From positions 506,428-570,427 of the forward strand of contig CAVTOC010000005.1 of the NCBI GenBank assembly GCA_963736335.1: DNA of 64,000 bases, written 5' to 3'. Below are positions 29,437 to 42,191 of the stretch, in pieces (within the stretch, counting starts at the first letter, position 1; every line of letters starts with the position of its first letter). The position numbers and the translations under genes are program-made. This DNA is from an uncultured Actinomycetes bacterium. Its GTDB lineage: Bacteria; Actinomycetota; UBA4738; HRBIN12. The notes beneath the pieces were generated by a model that was given only the letters and a program-made list of their open reading frames with translations, searched no databases and was not told the origin of the DNA.

Positions 29437-31385
29437 GTGCCTCCCGATGGGAGGCCGACAGTCCCTACCATCCGCGAGCGCGCACTCCTACGTTTCGGCT
29501 GGAGGGCACCGCCGGTGGACGATGCGTCCAGCTCGACGAGGATCTGGGTTTGGGTTGCCGTCGCCCTGACATGGTTCGTCCTGTCTGAGTGCATCCGCAT
29601 CTTGTTCCCTCTTCTGTACCACGTGCGGGAGACGACCGGGGCGGCGGTGATGATCGCGATCGCGCTGATCGTGTTCCTCTCACCGGCTCTCGCGGGTCCG
29701 ATCGCACGATCGATCAGTCTTCCTGGTGCCTTCCTCTCGTCCGTGTTCGTGCTCGCGATCGGTCGGGTCGCGATGGGCCTCGTGCATCCGATCCCCCTTT
29801 GGATGGCTGGCGTCGCGACCGCGTTCGGGCTCGTCGCGATCACGCTCGAGGATCTTCCGCCGGCTGGATGCGCTCCGCTCCGCTCGTGGCGGCGGTGCTC
29901 GTCGGCCTGTCGGCGGACGCCGCGGTCCGCGGAGCGTTCCAAACCTGGGACGCCATCTGGCACGCAAGCGTCCTGTCGGCGGGTGTCGGGTTCGCGATCG
30001 GGGCGGGCCTGCTCGCTTCAGCGTGGGTCGTCGGCCGTCTTGATCGGGAGCCCGTTGATGCATCCGGCTCCGGGGCGGTGGCCATCGGTCCGTTCCTGCT
30101 GCTCGAGCTCTTGTTCCTGCAGAACCCCGCGTTCGCGGCCTCCGCGACCGGCCTCGCGATGCCTGTGGCGGTCGCGTTGGTGCTCTTCGGCGACGTGGTG
30201 GCTATCGCAGCGGTCGCATCGGCGCGGGGTACCGGCATCGAGCGAGCGATCGCATCGATCGTCGTCGTCGGGGGCACGGCGGTGCTCACGATCGGGGGCG
30301 GCGTTGCTGTGGGTATCGCTCTCCCGGTAACGCAGGCTTCCGCCGCCACGCTGCTCGTGTGCGCGCTCACCCGCGGGGGCGGTCATGTCGAGGGTGCGGT
30401 CGCACGGAGCGGGCTCGCGGCTGCCCTCGGACTGGCGCTCTTCGTTGGGCTCGCGTTCGCGTACCAGATCCAGATCGACGTCCCACTGCCGATCCCGCGG
30501 CCGGTGTGGCCCCTGGCCGGAGCCGCGATGCTCGCGCTCACAGCCGCGCGTCGCGCGTCGCGGGAAGTCGAGCGCGGGCGGGTTCCGTGGCCCACCAGCC
30601 TCGTCCCGCTCGTCGGTCTCGCGATCGTGCCCGGCGCACTGGCGCTCACCGGGCATCTGGCTGTTGAGGCTCCGGTGAGTCGGGAGCCCGTCATCCTCAT
30701 GGACTGGAACGTGCACTCGGCCGTGAACGCGGACGGCCAGATCGATCCGGAAACCATCGCACGCGTCATCGACGCGCGGCACGCCGACATCGTGGTCCTG
30801 GAGGAGATCGGCCGCGGATGGCCCATCGGCGGCGAGGTCGACCTCGCCCAGTGGCTGTCCCGCCGGCTCGGGATGTCGTACGCGTGGTCGCCCGCCGCCG
30901 ACGATCAGTTCGGCAACCTGGTGCTCAGCCACCTCCCGATCGAGGCTGTGTCAGCCGCCGATCTCCCGTACGGGGAAGGGCCGCAGCATCGCAGCTACGT
31001 GCGGGTCGTGCTGCAAGTGGCCCCCGGGCGCACGTTGACGGTATTCGGAACCCACCTGCAGGACGGCGACCGCCCGACGACGAACGCAGCGCAGATCCGG
31101 ACACTCCTCCGAGCGTGGGATGGGGAGCCGGCCACGATCATCGCCGGGGACATGAACGTCCAACCCACCGAGCCCAACGCAGACCTCTTCGCCGCAGCCG
31201 GGCTCGTGAGTGCCCAGGATGTGGCGGGTCGCTCGGAGGCGTCGACGGCGCGCGACCCGAACTTCCCCGGGGACCGGGTCGACTGGATCTTCGGCTCGTC
31301 CGACGTGGCTCTCTCCGGGTTCGAGATCTACCCGAGTGCCGCATCGGACCATCTGCCGCTCGTCGTGCGAGTGACGATCGGCTGA
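29437..31385 (+). CDS. Polytopic membrane protein with C-terminal endonuclease/exonuclease/phosphatase (EEP) domain; frameshift near 29870; start uncertain
   Basis: Many TM segments, then WNVH, DIVVLEE, GNLVLS, GTHL, IAGDMN, VDWIF, ASDHLP. Confidence 0.8.
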
Positions 31386-31407
31386 CCCCTCGCGTTTGCG
31401 GATCCGG

Positions 31408-31959
31408 TCAGGGGTGATGAGGCGACGGGCGTTCATGCTCGGGGCCGCGCGGGGGCCGATGCTCATGCGGTGGCGGTGGGATCGACTCGATGCCGGGAGG
31501 CTCGTCCGGCCACACCAGGAGCACGGCGCACGGCGCGTGGTCGACGACGAACCGGGTCGAGTGACCCAGGCTGTGCGGGCCGAGGCGCGACCGGTCTCCG
31601 TCGCGTGCCGCGATGAGCAAGTCGACGTTCTGGACGACCGCGCGGATCACCTCTTGCTCCACACGGCCTCGAAGAAGGAGTCGCTCGGCGTCCTCGCGAC
31701 CCAGCCTCGACGCGGCCGAGGCGAGCAACTCCGACGCAGCCTCGTCCGCGACGTCCTCCATACGACGGGTCGGCTCCCGCACATCGCGGGCGCGGCCCAT
31801 CAAGCCGGCCGACGCGATCTCCGCCGCCGCGACGACATCAGACGGTGTCACATGGAGGAGAGCGACCTCCGCTTCGGCGGGGATGATCCCGGCGGCCGCG
31901 TCGACGCATCCCTGCCAGGTCCCTTCGACCAGCCATACGACGACCCGCACGTGGCTCAT
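31408..31959 (-). CDS. Universal stress protein
   Basis: LLHV, GRVEQEVI, DLLIAARDG, SLGHSTRFVVDHAPCAVLLV; Pro/His-rich tail. Confidence 0.88.
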   Translation of the reverse strand: MSHVRVVVWLVEGTWQGCVDAAAGIIPAEAEVALLHVTPSDVVAAAEIASAGLMGRARDVREPTRRMEDVADEAASELLASAASRLGREDAERLLLRGRVEQEVIRAVVQNVDLLIAARDGDRSRLGPHSLGHSTRFVVDHAPCAVLLVWPDEPPGIESIPPPPHEHRPPRGPEHERPSPHHP

Positions 31960-33212
31960 CATCCCATCATGCGGAGCGAGAGCCAGAGCGCGAGTGTCGC
32001 CGCGATCGAGCACCGGCGGGACGGTGATCGCGCCGAGACGAAGGAACTCGGCGGTGGAGACCTCGGTCCCTCGCTGCCGGAGGATCCGGAGCCACAGGAG
32101 CGTGGCGAGCGAGCCGACGTACGTTGAGGTTGCGGCCGGTGTTGACGCCGATGAGGACGGCGAGCACCGCCCCCGGTCCACCAGGCGGCCGCGGCCGGGA
32201 GGAGCAGGAGGGACAGGCCGGCAGGTTGTTGACCAGGTTGGCGAGCACCGCGGCCACCAGCGCGATCACCAAGAGCGAACCGAGCGACGTACCGCTGGGC
32301 ACGAGCCGGACGACGAGCGACCCGAGCCCGTGGATCGAAACGGCCTTGACCACCAGGCCCAGCGACAACACGAACGCGAGGAAGGGGATGTCCAGCGCGG
32401 CTCCTATATCTCGGGGCGACGCCTCGCCGGCTCGCGAGCGCGGAACGGCGAGCGCGACGGCACCGCGGCGCAGCGAACGCCGGGCTGATATCTAGGACGG
32501 AGGTCACGAAGAACCCGGCGAGCGTCAGCGCGACGACCGTGAGCGCGAAGACCCGGACAGGCGAGGGTGCCTCGACGACGACGTCCGATCGGCCGACGGG
32601 ATCCGTGGCGAAGAACCTGTGCAGCACCAACCATTCGACGGCGATAGCGGCGGCCCACGGCAGCGCCATGGTTGCTCCGAACCGAGCGAACGAGAGCCCG
32701 CTCGCTTGGAACGCCAGGAGGTTGGTGAGGTTCGAGACGGGAAGGAGCAGGGACGCCGAGTTCGCCAGGTGCGTGCAGGCGTAGACGTGCGGCTTGGTCC
32801 GCAGCCGCAACCGAGCGACGGTGGCGAACACGACGGGGGTCAGCAGCACCACCGTCGCGTCGAGGCTGAGCACCGCGGTGACCGCGCTCGCGACGACGAA
32901 GACCAGCCCGAGGAGCGCGACCGGCCGGCCGCGGGAGCCGGCCGCGATCCATCGTCCCGCGGCGCCGAACAAGCCGTACCGCTCGCAGAGGTCGGCGAGG
33001 ACCAGCACGGCGGCGAGGAACCCGATGGTCGGACCGAGGCTCTTGGCCTCCGCCTTCGCTTGCGCGATCGGCAGGACGCCGACGAGGAGCAGGAGAACGG
33101 CGGCCGGAACGGCGACGACCGCCTCGGGCAAGCCCTTCGGGCGCGCCACGGCGAACCCGAGCGTGGCGACGAGGAGCACGAGTGCGAGCGACTCAGCGAT
33201 CAGGCGAGGCAC
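31959..33212 (-). CDS. ArsB/NhaD (IT superfamily) permease; several frameshifts
   Basis: RPKGLPEA, LSLDATVVLLTP, ANSASLLLPVSNLTNL, ANLVNNLPA, TYVGSLATLLW. Confidence 0.85.
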   Translation of the reverse strand: MPRLIAESLALVLLVATLGFAVARPKGLPEAVVAVPAAVLLLLVGVLPIAQAKAEAKSLGPTIGFLAAVLVLADLCERYGLFGAAGRWIAAGSRGRPVALLGLVFVVASAVTAVLSLDATVVLLTPVVFATVARLRLRTKPHVYACTHLANSASLLLPVSNLTNLLAFQASGLSFARFGATMALPWAAAIAVEWLVLHRFFATDPVGRSDVVVEAPSPVRVFALTVVALTLAGFFVTSVLDISPAFAAPRCRRARRSALASRRGVAPRYRSRAGHPLPRVRVVAGPGGQGRFDPRARVARRPARAQRYVARFALGDRAGGRGARQPGQQPAGLSLLLLPAAAAWWTGGGARRPHRRQHRPQPQRTSARSPRSCGSGSSGSEGPRSPPPSSFVSARSPSRRCSIAATLALWLSLRMMG

Positions 33213-33292
33213 GACGTCGCAGAGCCTAGCCGGGCGGGGTCTTGCCCCACCGCGACCAAGGTGTTCGCAGGCCCGTGGGTAGACTCGACGCG

Positions 33293-34640
33293 ATGAGGTG
33301 GCGCCGAGCGTTGCTGTCGATCTCGCTCCTCCTCGCGCTCGCTCAGCGAACCCTCGATCGCCGCGGCTCGCACGTCGACGGTCATCCGCAACCCGGGCTC
33401 TCCCGCATACGTCGTCTCCCTCCGCGGCGACGCGCTCGGACATTCGTGGCATGGGCGAGAGTCGATCACGTTCACGAACCTGGATGCGGATCCGCTGTCC
33501 ACGATCTGGCTCCGCCTCTGGTCGAACGGCGTGAAAGGTTGCGGTGCACGGGCGATCGTCGTCACGGACATGCACGGCGGCACCGCCGGCGCGCTCTCCA
33601 GAGATTGCACGGCGCTCCCCGTCGTCCTCGACTCGCCGGTCCCGCACGAGGCCGAGGCCACGATCTCGATGCGCGTCGCGATCGATCTGCCGCAGAAGAA
33701 CGATCGGTTCGGATACCACGGCGGGCTGGCGCTGCTCGGCACGGCGTTGCCGACGCTGGCGATCCACGACGACCTGGGCTGGCACCTGGACCCGTTCGTG
33801 GACCTGGGGGAGAGCTTCTACTCGATCGTCGGCGACTACCAGGTGACCCTGAACGTGCCGTCGGCGCTCCGCACGCCGACCACCGGCGTCGCGGTCGCGT
33901 CGCAGAAGGCCGGGCCCCGGCGCATCACCACGTACGTCGCGCACGACGTCCGGGACTTCGAGTGGGCGGCGGGCCGCTTGGCGACGGTTCGCGGCCGGTC
34001 CGGAAGCACCGAGGTGGTCGTGTCCTACCGGCCGCGAGACGTGACGCGACGGGCCGCGACGACCGCTCTCGGATACTCCCTGAGATCGTTGAACACCTAC
34101 GCCGCCGCGTTCGGCGCGTTCCCGTATCCGGAGATGGACGTCGTCCTCACCAGCTTCGCCACGTTCAGTGGGATGGAGTATCCGACGATCATCTTCACGA
34201 ACCCGGGCAAGATCACGATCTCGCACGAGCTGGGGCATCAGTACTGGTACGGGATCGTGGGCGACGATCAATTCTCGGCGCCGTGGCTCGACGAGTCGTT
34301 CGCCACCTGGACGTCGTACCTGCCGTTCGGTGGATGGAAGAAGTGCCCCCAGTACCGTTGGCCGGCAGACGATGCGCGGATCACGAACGACATGGCGTAC
34401 TGGAAGACGCATCCATCCGAGTACGACACGATCTACGGCGGAGGCGGGTGTCTGCTGGCCAACCTGGCGCACCTGTTCGGTCTGGATCGCTTCGTGGGGA
34501 TCCTCCACGACTACGCGCAGGATCACTGGCTCGGTGTCACGCGCACGGAGGACTTCAAGAACGCGATCGAGACGGCCGCGACCGCCGACGGCGTCGCGTT
34601 CGATCCCACCTCGTACTGGGCCACCTGGCGGGTGGACTGA
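33293..34640 (+). CDS. Secreted M1 family (gluzincin) aminopeptidase; frameshift near 33345
   Basis: Signal peptide MRWRRALLSISLLLALA; SGMEYP, HELGH-x18-E (WLDES), YGGG. Confidence 0.88.
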
Positions 34641-34722
34641 GCGACGTCCGTCCGGGTTAGGATTCGCCTCGAGGTTCGACGGCCCCGACGCACGGGCGCC
34701 GCGCCGCGGAGGGGAGAGAGCC

Positions 34723-35148
34723 GTGACGACGACGAAGGACACGGTGAGCCAACTCGCCAAGGTGCCGCTGTTCTCCGATTGCTCGCAGCGAGACCTCCTG
34801 ACCATCGCTCGCGTGGTGCGCGAGATCCCGCACGAGGCGGGAACCGTCATCGCGAGAGAGGGCGAGCCCGGCGTCGGCCTGTTCGTCATCCTGGACGGGA
34901 CGGCGGACGTGTCGATCGGCGGCAGGAGGAAGGCGACGCTCGGCCCCGGGGACTTCTTCGGCGAGATCGCGCTCCTGGATGGCGGGCCGCGGACAGCCAC
35001 CGTCACCGCGAGGTCCGACGTCGCGCTCTTGGGCCTGACGGAATGGGTCTTCCGCGGGTTGATGTCCGAACACCCGTCGATCGCCCTGAAGACGCTGCAA
35101 CAGATGGCGGCGCGGCTGCGCAGCGCCACCAAGGCCGCGACCGCCTGA
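34723..35148 (+). CDS. Stand-alone cyclic-nucleotide-binding domain protein
   Basis: [39 protein letters not shown]; no HTH. Confidence 0.9.
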   Translation: MTTTKDTVSQLAKVPLFSDCSQRDLLTIARVVREIPHEAGTVIAREGEPGVGLFVILDGTADVSIGGRRKATLGPGDFFGEIALLDGGPRTATVTARSDVALLGLTEWVFRGLMSEHPSIALKTLQQMAARLRSATKAATA

Positions 35149-35185
35149 CCCCCCAAGGCTCGAGCCTCGTCCGGAGGCGTTGCGC

Positions 35186-36145
35186 GTGACCGATGTGCCG
35201 CGAGAGGTCCACGACCTGGCCGAGGAGCGCGCCGAGCGGCGTGCGGCCAAGGACTTCGCGGGAGCCGACGAGATCCGCGACCGGATCGCGGACATGGGAT
35301 GGTCGGTGGTCGACGAGCCCGACGGCTGGCGGCTGGAGCCGATCGAAGTCTCCGCCCAGGATGTCCTGCGGCCGATCCGCGCACAGGATGTCGGATCGGT
35401 CCTCGACGAACCCGCCACGGCCGACGTGTCGATCCACTGGGTCGTCGAGGGTTGGCCGCCCGACGTTCGCCGCGCGATCGATTCGTTCCGTGCGAACGCC
35501 GGAGGCCGGGACGTGCAGTACGTCGTCGCCGACGTCACGGGGGAGTCGGACGCGACCTGGGGCGACGATGTCGAGGTCGTTCGGCTCGAGCCCGGGACCG
35601 GCTGGGGTGCGGCACGCAACGCCGGACTGAAGCGGTCGCGGGGCAGGATCGTCCTGGCGATGGACGGCTCCGTCGAGGCGACCGGCGACGTCCTCGGTCC
35701 CCTCGAGGCGGCGCTCGCCGATCCCTCCGTCGGCGTCTGCGGACCGTTCGGCATCGTGACCCCCGACCTCCGAGAGTTCGACGCGACCGACGGTCCGGAG
35801 GCGGATGCGATCGAGGGCTACTGCATGGCGTTCCGGCGCGGGATCCTCACGGAGGCCGGGCTGTTCGATGAGAAGTTCCGCTGGTACCGGACGGCGGACA
35901 TCGAGTACTCGTTCCGGATCAAGGATCTGGGGCTCCGCGCCGTCGTCGTTCCGGTTCCGGTGGAGCGTCACGAGCATCGGATGTGGTTCCAGACGCCGCC
36001 CGCGGATCGCGCGAGGTGGTCGAAGCGGAACTTCTACCGGTTCCTCGATCGCTGGCGCGACCGGTACGACCTCACCGTGTCGGGGGAACCACCGCCGGGA
36101 CACGAACACGGCGGGCACCACGATCACGACGATCTCGGTCCGTAG
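35186..36145 (+). CDS. GT2-like glycosyltransferase with N-terminal CysRS C-terminal-like domain
   Basis: N-term [37 protein letters not shown]; GT-A motifs [35 protein letters not shown]; RBS GGAGG. Confidence 0.75.
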   Translation: MTDVPREVHDLAEERAERRAAKDFAGADEIRDRIADMGWSVVDEPDGWRLEPIEVSAQDVLRPIRAQDVGSVLDEPATADVSIHWVVEGWPPDVRRAIDSFRANAGGRDVQYVVADVTGESDATWGDDVEVVRLEPGTGWGAARNAGLKRSRGRIVLAMDGSVEATGDVLGPLEAALADPSVGVCGPFGIVTPDLREFDATDGPEADAIEGYCMAFRRGILTEAGLFDEKFRWYRTADIEYSFRIKDLGLRAVVVPVPVERHEHRMWFQTPPADRARWSKRNFYRFLDRWRDRYDLTVSGEPPPGHEHGGHHDHDDLGP

Positions 36146-36155
36146 CCGAGGTGGA

Positions 36156-38156
<2,001 letters not shown>

Positions 38157-38242
38157 TCGGCCATCTTCCCACCCACCTCGGAGATATGACAGCAATCGTG
38201 CCTGTAGGCTCGCCGGTTGTCGCATCGGGGATACTGGCCGCC

Positions 38243-38842
38243 ATGACCGTGACCGGAGGGACCGAGACGCCGACGGACGACGCCGCGCTCCGCGAACGCT
38301 TCGAGCGCGACGTCCTGCCGCTGCTGCCGAACCTGTATGCGGCAGCCCTGCGGATGACGCGCAACCCCGCCGACGCCGAGGATCTGGTCCAGGACACGTA
38401 CCTCCGCGCGTTCCGTGGGTTCTCGGGCTTCAAGGAGGGAACCAACCTCAAGGCGTGGCTCTACCGGATCCTCACGAACAGCTTCATCAACACGTACCGC
38501 AAGAAGCAGCGTCAGCCGCAGACGGTCGAGGGTCCGGACGACATCGACGAGTGGTACCTCTTCGACAAGCTCGGCGGCCGCAACGTCGAGCTGTCGGCCG
38601 AGACCGAGGTGCTCGACAAGATCCCGGACGAGGCCGTGAAGGGGGCGCTGGAGTCGCTCCCCGAGAACTTCCGGCTCCCGGTCCTGCTTGCCGATGTGGA
38701 AGGCTTCAGCTACAAGGAGATCGCCGAGATCATGGACACGCCCATCGGAACCGTGATGTCCCGCCTGCACCGGGGAAGGAAAGCGCTCCAGAAGGCGTTG
38801 TGGGACACGGCGAAGGAGCGAGGATTGGTCGATGATCGATAA
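38243..38842 (+). CDS. sigH: ECF sigma factor, SigH/SigR type
   Basis: [78 protein letters not shown]. Confidence 0.88.
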   Translation: MTVTGGTETPTDDAALRERFERDVLPLLPNLYAAALRMTRNPADAEDLVQDTYLRAFRGFSGFKEGTNLKAWLYRILTNSFINTYRKKQRQPQTVEGPDDIDEWYLFDKLGGRNVELSAETEVLDKIPDEAVKGALESLPENFRLPVLLADVEGFSYKEIAEIMDTPIGTVMSRLHRGRKALQKALWDTAKERGLVDDR

Positions 38843-39083
38843 GCCAGGCTGCATGGAGGCGCTCAAGGAAGTCGAGCGGCTCCTGGACGGCGAACTGGAA
38901 GGTGAGCTCCGGATCAAGGTGGAGAAGCACCTGACCGGCTGCAGCCCCTGCATGGACCGAGCGGAGTTCCGTCGTCACCTCAAGGTGATGATCGCCGCCA
39001 AGTGCACCGGGGACGCGCCGCCACCGGCGTTGCTCATCCGCGTGCGAGCGATCATCGAGGAACGTGACGTCTCCTCCCCCTGA
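38832..39083 (+). CDS. rsrA: Zinc-binding anti-sigma factor, RsrA/RshA type
   Basis: C.EAL....[12 protein letters not shown] (HxxxCxxC), KC...AP..L; overlaps the sigma gene. Confidence 0.85.
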   Translation: MIDKPGCMEALKEVERLLDGELEGELRIKVEKHLTGCSPCMDRAEFRRHLKVMIAAKCTGDAPPPALLIRVRAIIEERDVSSP

Positions 39084-39128
39084 TGCCCTACCATTCCGTC
39101 CCGTCGCGGTAACGAAAGGTTCGATGGG

Positions 39129-39843
39129 ATGGACGACCTCGGAACGATCCTCGGCGTCTGGGCGCATCCGGACGACGAGACGTACCTGACCGCCGGGCTG
39201 ATGGCGCAGGCGGTCCGTGACGGACGGCGCGTCGTGTGCGTGACCGCCACCCGGGGCGAGGGCGGCTCCATGGACGAGGATCGCTGGCCGTCCGCCACCA
39301 TGGGGAAGGTCCGCGAGGCCGAGCTGATGCGCTGTTTCGAGATCCTCGGCGTCACCGAGCATCACTGGCTCGACGAGCTGGACGTCGACATGGACACCCC
39401 ACTGCCCGACGACGGGTACCGCAAGGTGCGCGCCATCATGGAGGACGTCCAACCGGACACCGTCCTCACGTTCGGCCCCGACGGCATGACCGGGCACGTC
39501 GCGCACATGTCGGTGAGCGAGTGGGCCACGCGAGCCCTCGCGGAGGTCGGCAAGCCCGGCGCCACGGTTCACTACGCGACCAACACGCAAGAGTGGGCGG
39601 ACGAGTTCGTGCCGATGTACAACCGGTTCGACGTGTTCCGGCCCGGGACGCCTCCCGTCACCCCGCGCGAGCGAGCTCTCGATCGACTTCCTCCTTCCGC
39701 CGGACCTGCTCGAGCTCAAGCTCCAGGCGATCGCGGAACACGAGAGCCAGGTCGGCGGCATGGTCGAGGCGTTCGGCCAGGACATCTTCCGGCGAGCCAT
39801 GAAGGCCGAGTGGTTCCGGCTGGGTGCGGTGAAGGCATCGTGA
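39129..39843 (+). CDS. PIG-L/LmbE family deacetylase; frameshift near 39675
   Basis: AHPDDE, ATRGEGG, REAEL, TFGPDGMTGH..H, K..AI..H.SQ; stop TGA 39843. Confidence 0.88.
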
Positions 39844-41355
39844 CGATCGAGCGCCCGTCGCCGGTGACCGATCTCGACTGGGACCCGGAGCGCGCGCGCG
39901 CGTTCGCCGATCGGGCGGTGGACCTGTGGCAGGAGCTCCTCGAACGCCTGCCGGACATGCCGGTCTCCGGCGCGGTGGACCGCGAAGGAGATCCACGACG
40001 CGGTCGCGATCGACGTGCCCGACGGGCCCATGCCCGACGACGCGCTCTTCGCGTACCTGCACGACGTCATCTTCGAACGCTCCGAGCTGTCGGGGCATCC
40101 GCGCTTCATGGCCTACATCTCCGGGGCGGGCACCGTGCCGGGCGCCGTCTCCGACCTGCTCGCGGCGGGGCTGAACGCGAACGTCGGCGGGTGGCAGCTC
40201 TCGCCGGCCGCATCCGAGATCGAGCTGCATCTCATGCGGTGGTTCGCGACCGAGCTCTTCGGGTTCCCCGACGGTGCCGGCGGGCTCGTCTTGTCGGGCG
40301 GCGCCATGGCGAACTTCGTCGGCCTGAAGACCGCGCGCGACCATCGGGCCGGCTGGAACGTGCGGACCGAGGGACTCGCCGGCCATCCGCCCCTCTCGAT
40401 GTACATGTCCACCGAGACCCACGTCGTCAGCTCGCGGGGCGCCGACATGCTGGGGATCGGAACCGAGGGCGTTCGGCTGATCCCGGTGGGAGACGACTAC
40501 CGGATCCGCGTCGACCTGCTGCGGGCCGCGATCGAGGCCGATCGCGCGGCGGGCCGCGTGCCGTTCGCCGTCGTGGCGTCCGCGGGAACGGTCTCCACCG
40601 GTGTGGTCGATCCGTTGCCGGAGATCGCCGACCTCTGCGCCGAACAGGAGCTGTGGATGCACGTGGACGGCGCGTACGGCGGCCCCGCGCTGTTGGCCGA
40701 CGACCTCCGTCCGATGTTCGCGGGGATCGAGCGGGCCGACTCCGTCGCGTTCGACCCGCACAAGTGGCTGTACACGCCGCTCGCCGGTGGGTGCGTGGTG
40801 GTGCGGCGCATGGCGGATCTCGCGGAGTCGTTCGACGCCGACGCGAGCTACATCGTCCAGGACAAGGAGTACACGCAGCACGGGCTGGACCTCGGCCGGC
40901 ACGGGCCGCAGTTCTCCCGGAGCTTCTGGGCATTGAAGGTGTGGGTCTCGCTGCTCGCGCACGGGCGTCGGGCGTACGCACGCCGCATCTCGCACGACGC
41001 CGCGCTGGCGCGATACCTGGGCGCGCGGGCCGAGGAGCGTCCGGAGTTCGAGCTGGCGACGCCGGTCGGATTGTCGATCTGCTGCTTCCGTTACGTCCCG
41101 CCGGACCTTCCGGACGGCGCGGGCCGCGACGAGTACCTGGACGACCTCAACCACCGCCTCATGACCGAGATCCAGCTCGACGGCCGCGTGTACGTCTCCA
41201 ACGCGGTGCTGGGCGAGCGGTTCGTGCTCCGCGCATGCATCGTGAACTTCCGGACCGAGGCCGACGACATCGACGCGGTCCTCGATGTCGCCGCCGAGCT
41301 CGGAGCTGCACTCGACGCGGAGCTCCGGCCGGTGGCGCTGGGCGGCTCGGCATGA
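39840..41355 (+). CDS. Group II PLP-dependent amino-acid decarboxylase; frameshift near 39970
   Basis: HPRFMAY, SGGAMAN, SAGTVSTG.VDPL, HVDGAYG, DPHKWL (PLP Lys), LRACIVNFRT. Confidence 0.9.
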
Positions 41356-42082
41356 GCGCGTTCGGCCTGCTCGGGTCGGGGGAGTTCGAGCCGTGGTCGG
41401 CGGAGGTGGATCGCGCCCTGCTGGCGGGCGCCACCGGTGACGGCCGGGTGTTGATCCTTCCCGCGGCGTCGGCGAGGGAGGGCGACGAGGTCTTCGACGG
41501 ATGGGGCTCGAAGGGGCTCGGGCACTTCGCATCGCTGGGTGTGCCGGCCGAGGTCGTTCCGATCAAGACCCGAGAGGACGCCGCGCGCGACGATCTGGTG
41601 GCCAAGGTGGACGGGGCGTCCGTGGCGTACTTCTCCGGAGGGAACCCCGCCTTCCTGGCATCCGTGCTCGCCGACACCCCGTTCTGGGACGCGCTCGTGA
41701 AGGCGATGGGGCGCGGGCTCGCCTACATCGGCTGCAGCGCGGGCGTCGCGTGCCTGGGCGATCAGGCGCCCGACAGCGACGCCCTCCGAGTTCGCCGACG
41801 GCGTCTGGCAGCCGGGGCTGGGCGTGTTCCATCGCACCTGGTTCGGACCGCACTGGGACGCGGTCGATACCTACGTGCCCGGTCTCGGCGAACTTCATCG
41901 TTTCCTCGGTGCCGGCGGGCGACACGTTGTTCGCGATCGACGAGAACACGGCCGCGGTGGGCGACGGTGAGGCATGGTCCGTGAAGGGCGTGGCGGGCGT
42001 GCACATCTACCGCGACGGCGAGTGGGCGCACCACGAGGCCGGCTCGTCGTTCTCGCTCGACATCTCGCGGGACGGCGGCTGA
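41352..42082 (+). CDS. Peptidase S51 (cyanophycinase/PepE-like) protein; frameshifts near 41790 and 41888
   Basis: LLGSGEF, ILPAAS, YFSGGNP, GCSAG nucleophile motif, GPHWD, IDENTA. Confidence 0.82.
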
Positions 42083-42191
42083 CCTACCCGCTCGCCGGAA
42101 GTCGAACGGGGGAACGGGGACCAGCGAACCGGACGTGACGTGCACGACGGCAGTATGGGCGTCGCCGCCGACACACCGTAGGGTGTGCGCC

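Noticed and set aside
29340-29440. att site of an element integrated at tRNA-Met
   Set aside because: No second copy of the tRNA 3' end and no integrase found in the window; a self-BLAST would settle it.
31408-33212. Arsenic-resistance operon
   Set aside because: ArsB-like permease is paired only with a USP; no arsR/arsC nearby, so the substrate is unassigned.
39129-41984. 951-aa deacetylase-peptidase fusion (similarly 45837..47924 GNAT/ABC-F)
   Set aside because: Frame joins caused by indels; separate start/stop overlaps are visible at 39840-39843, 41352-41355 and 46524-46527.
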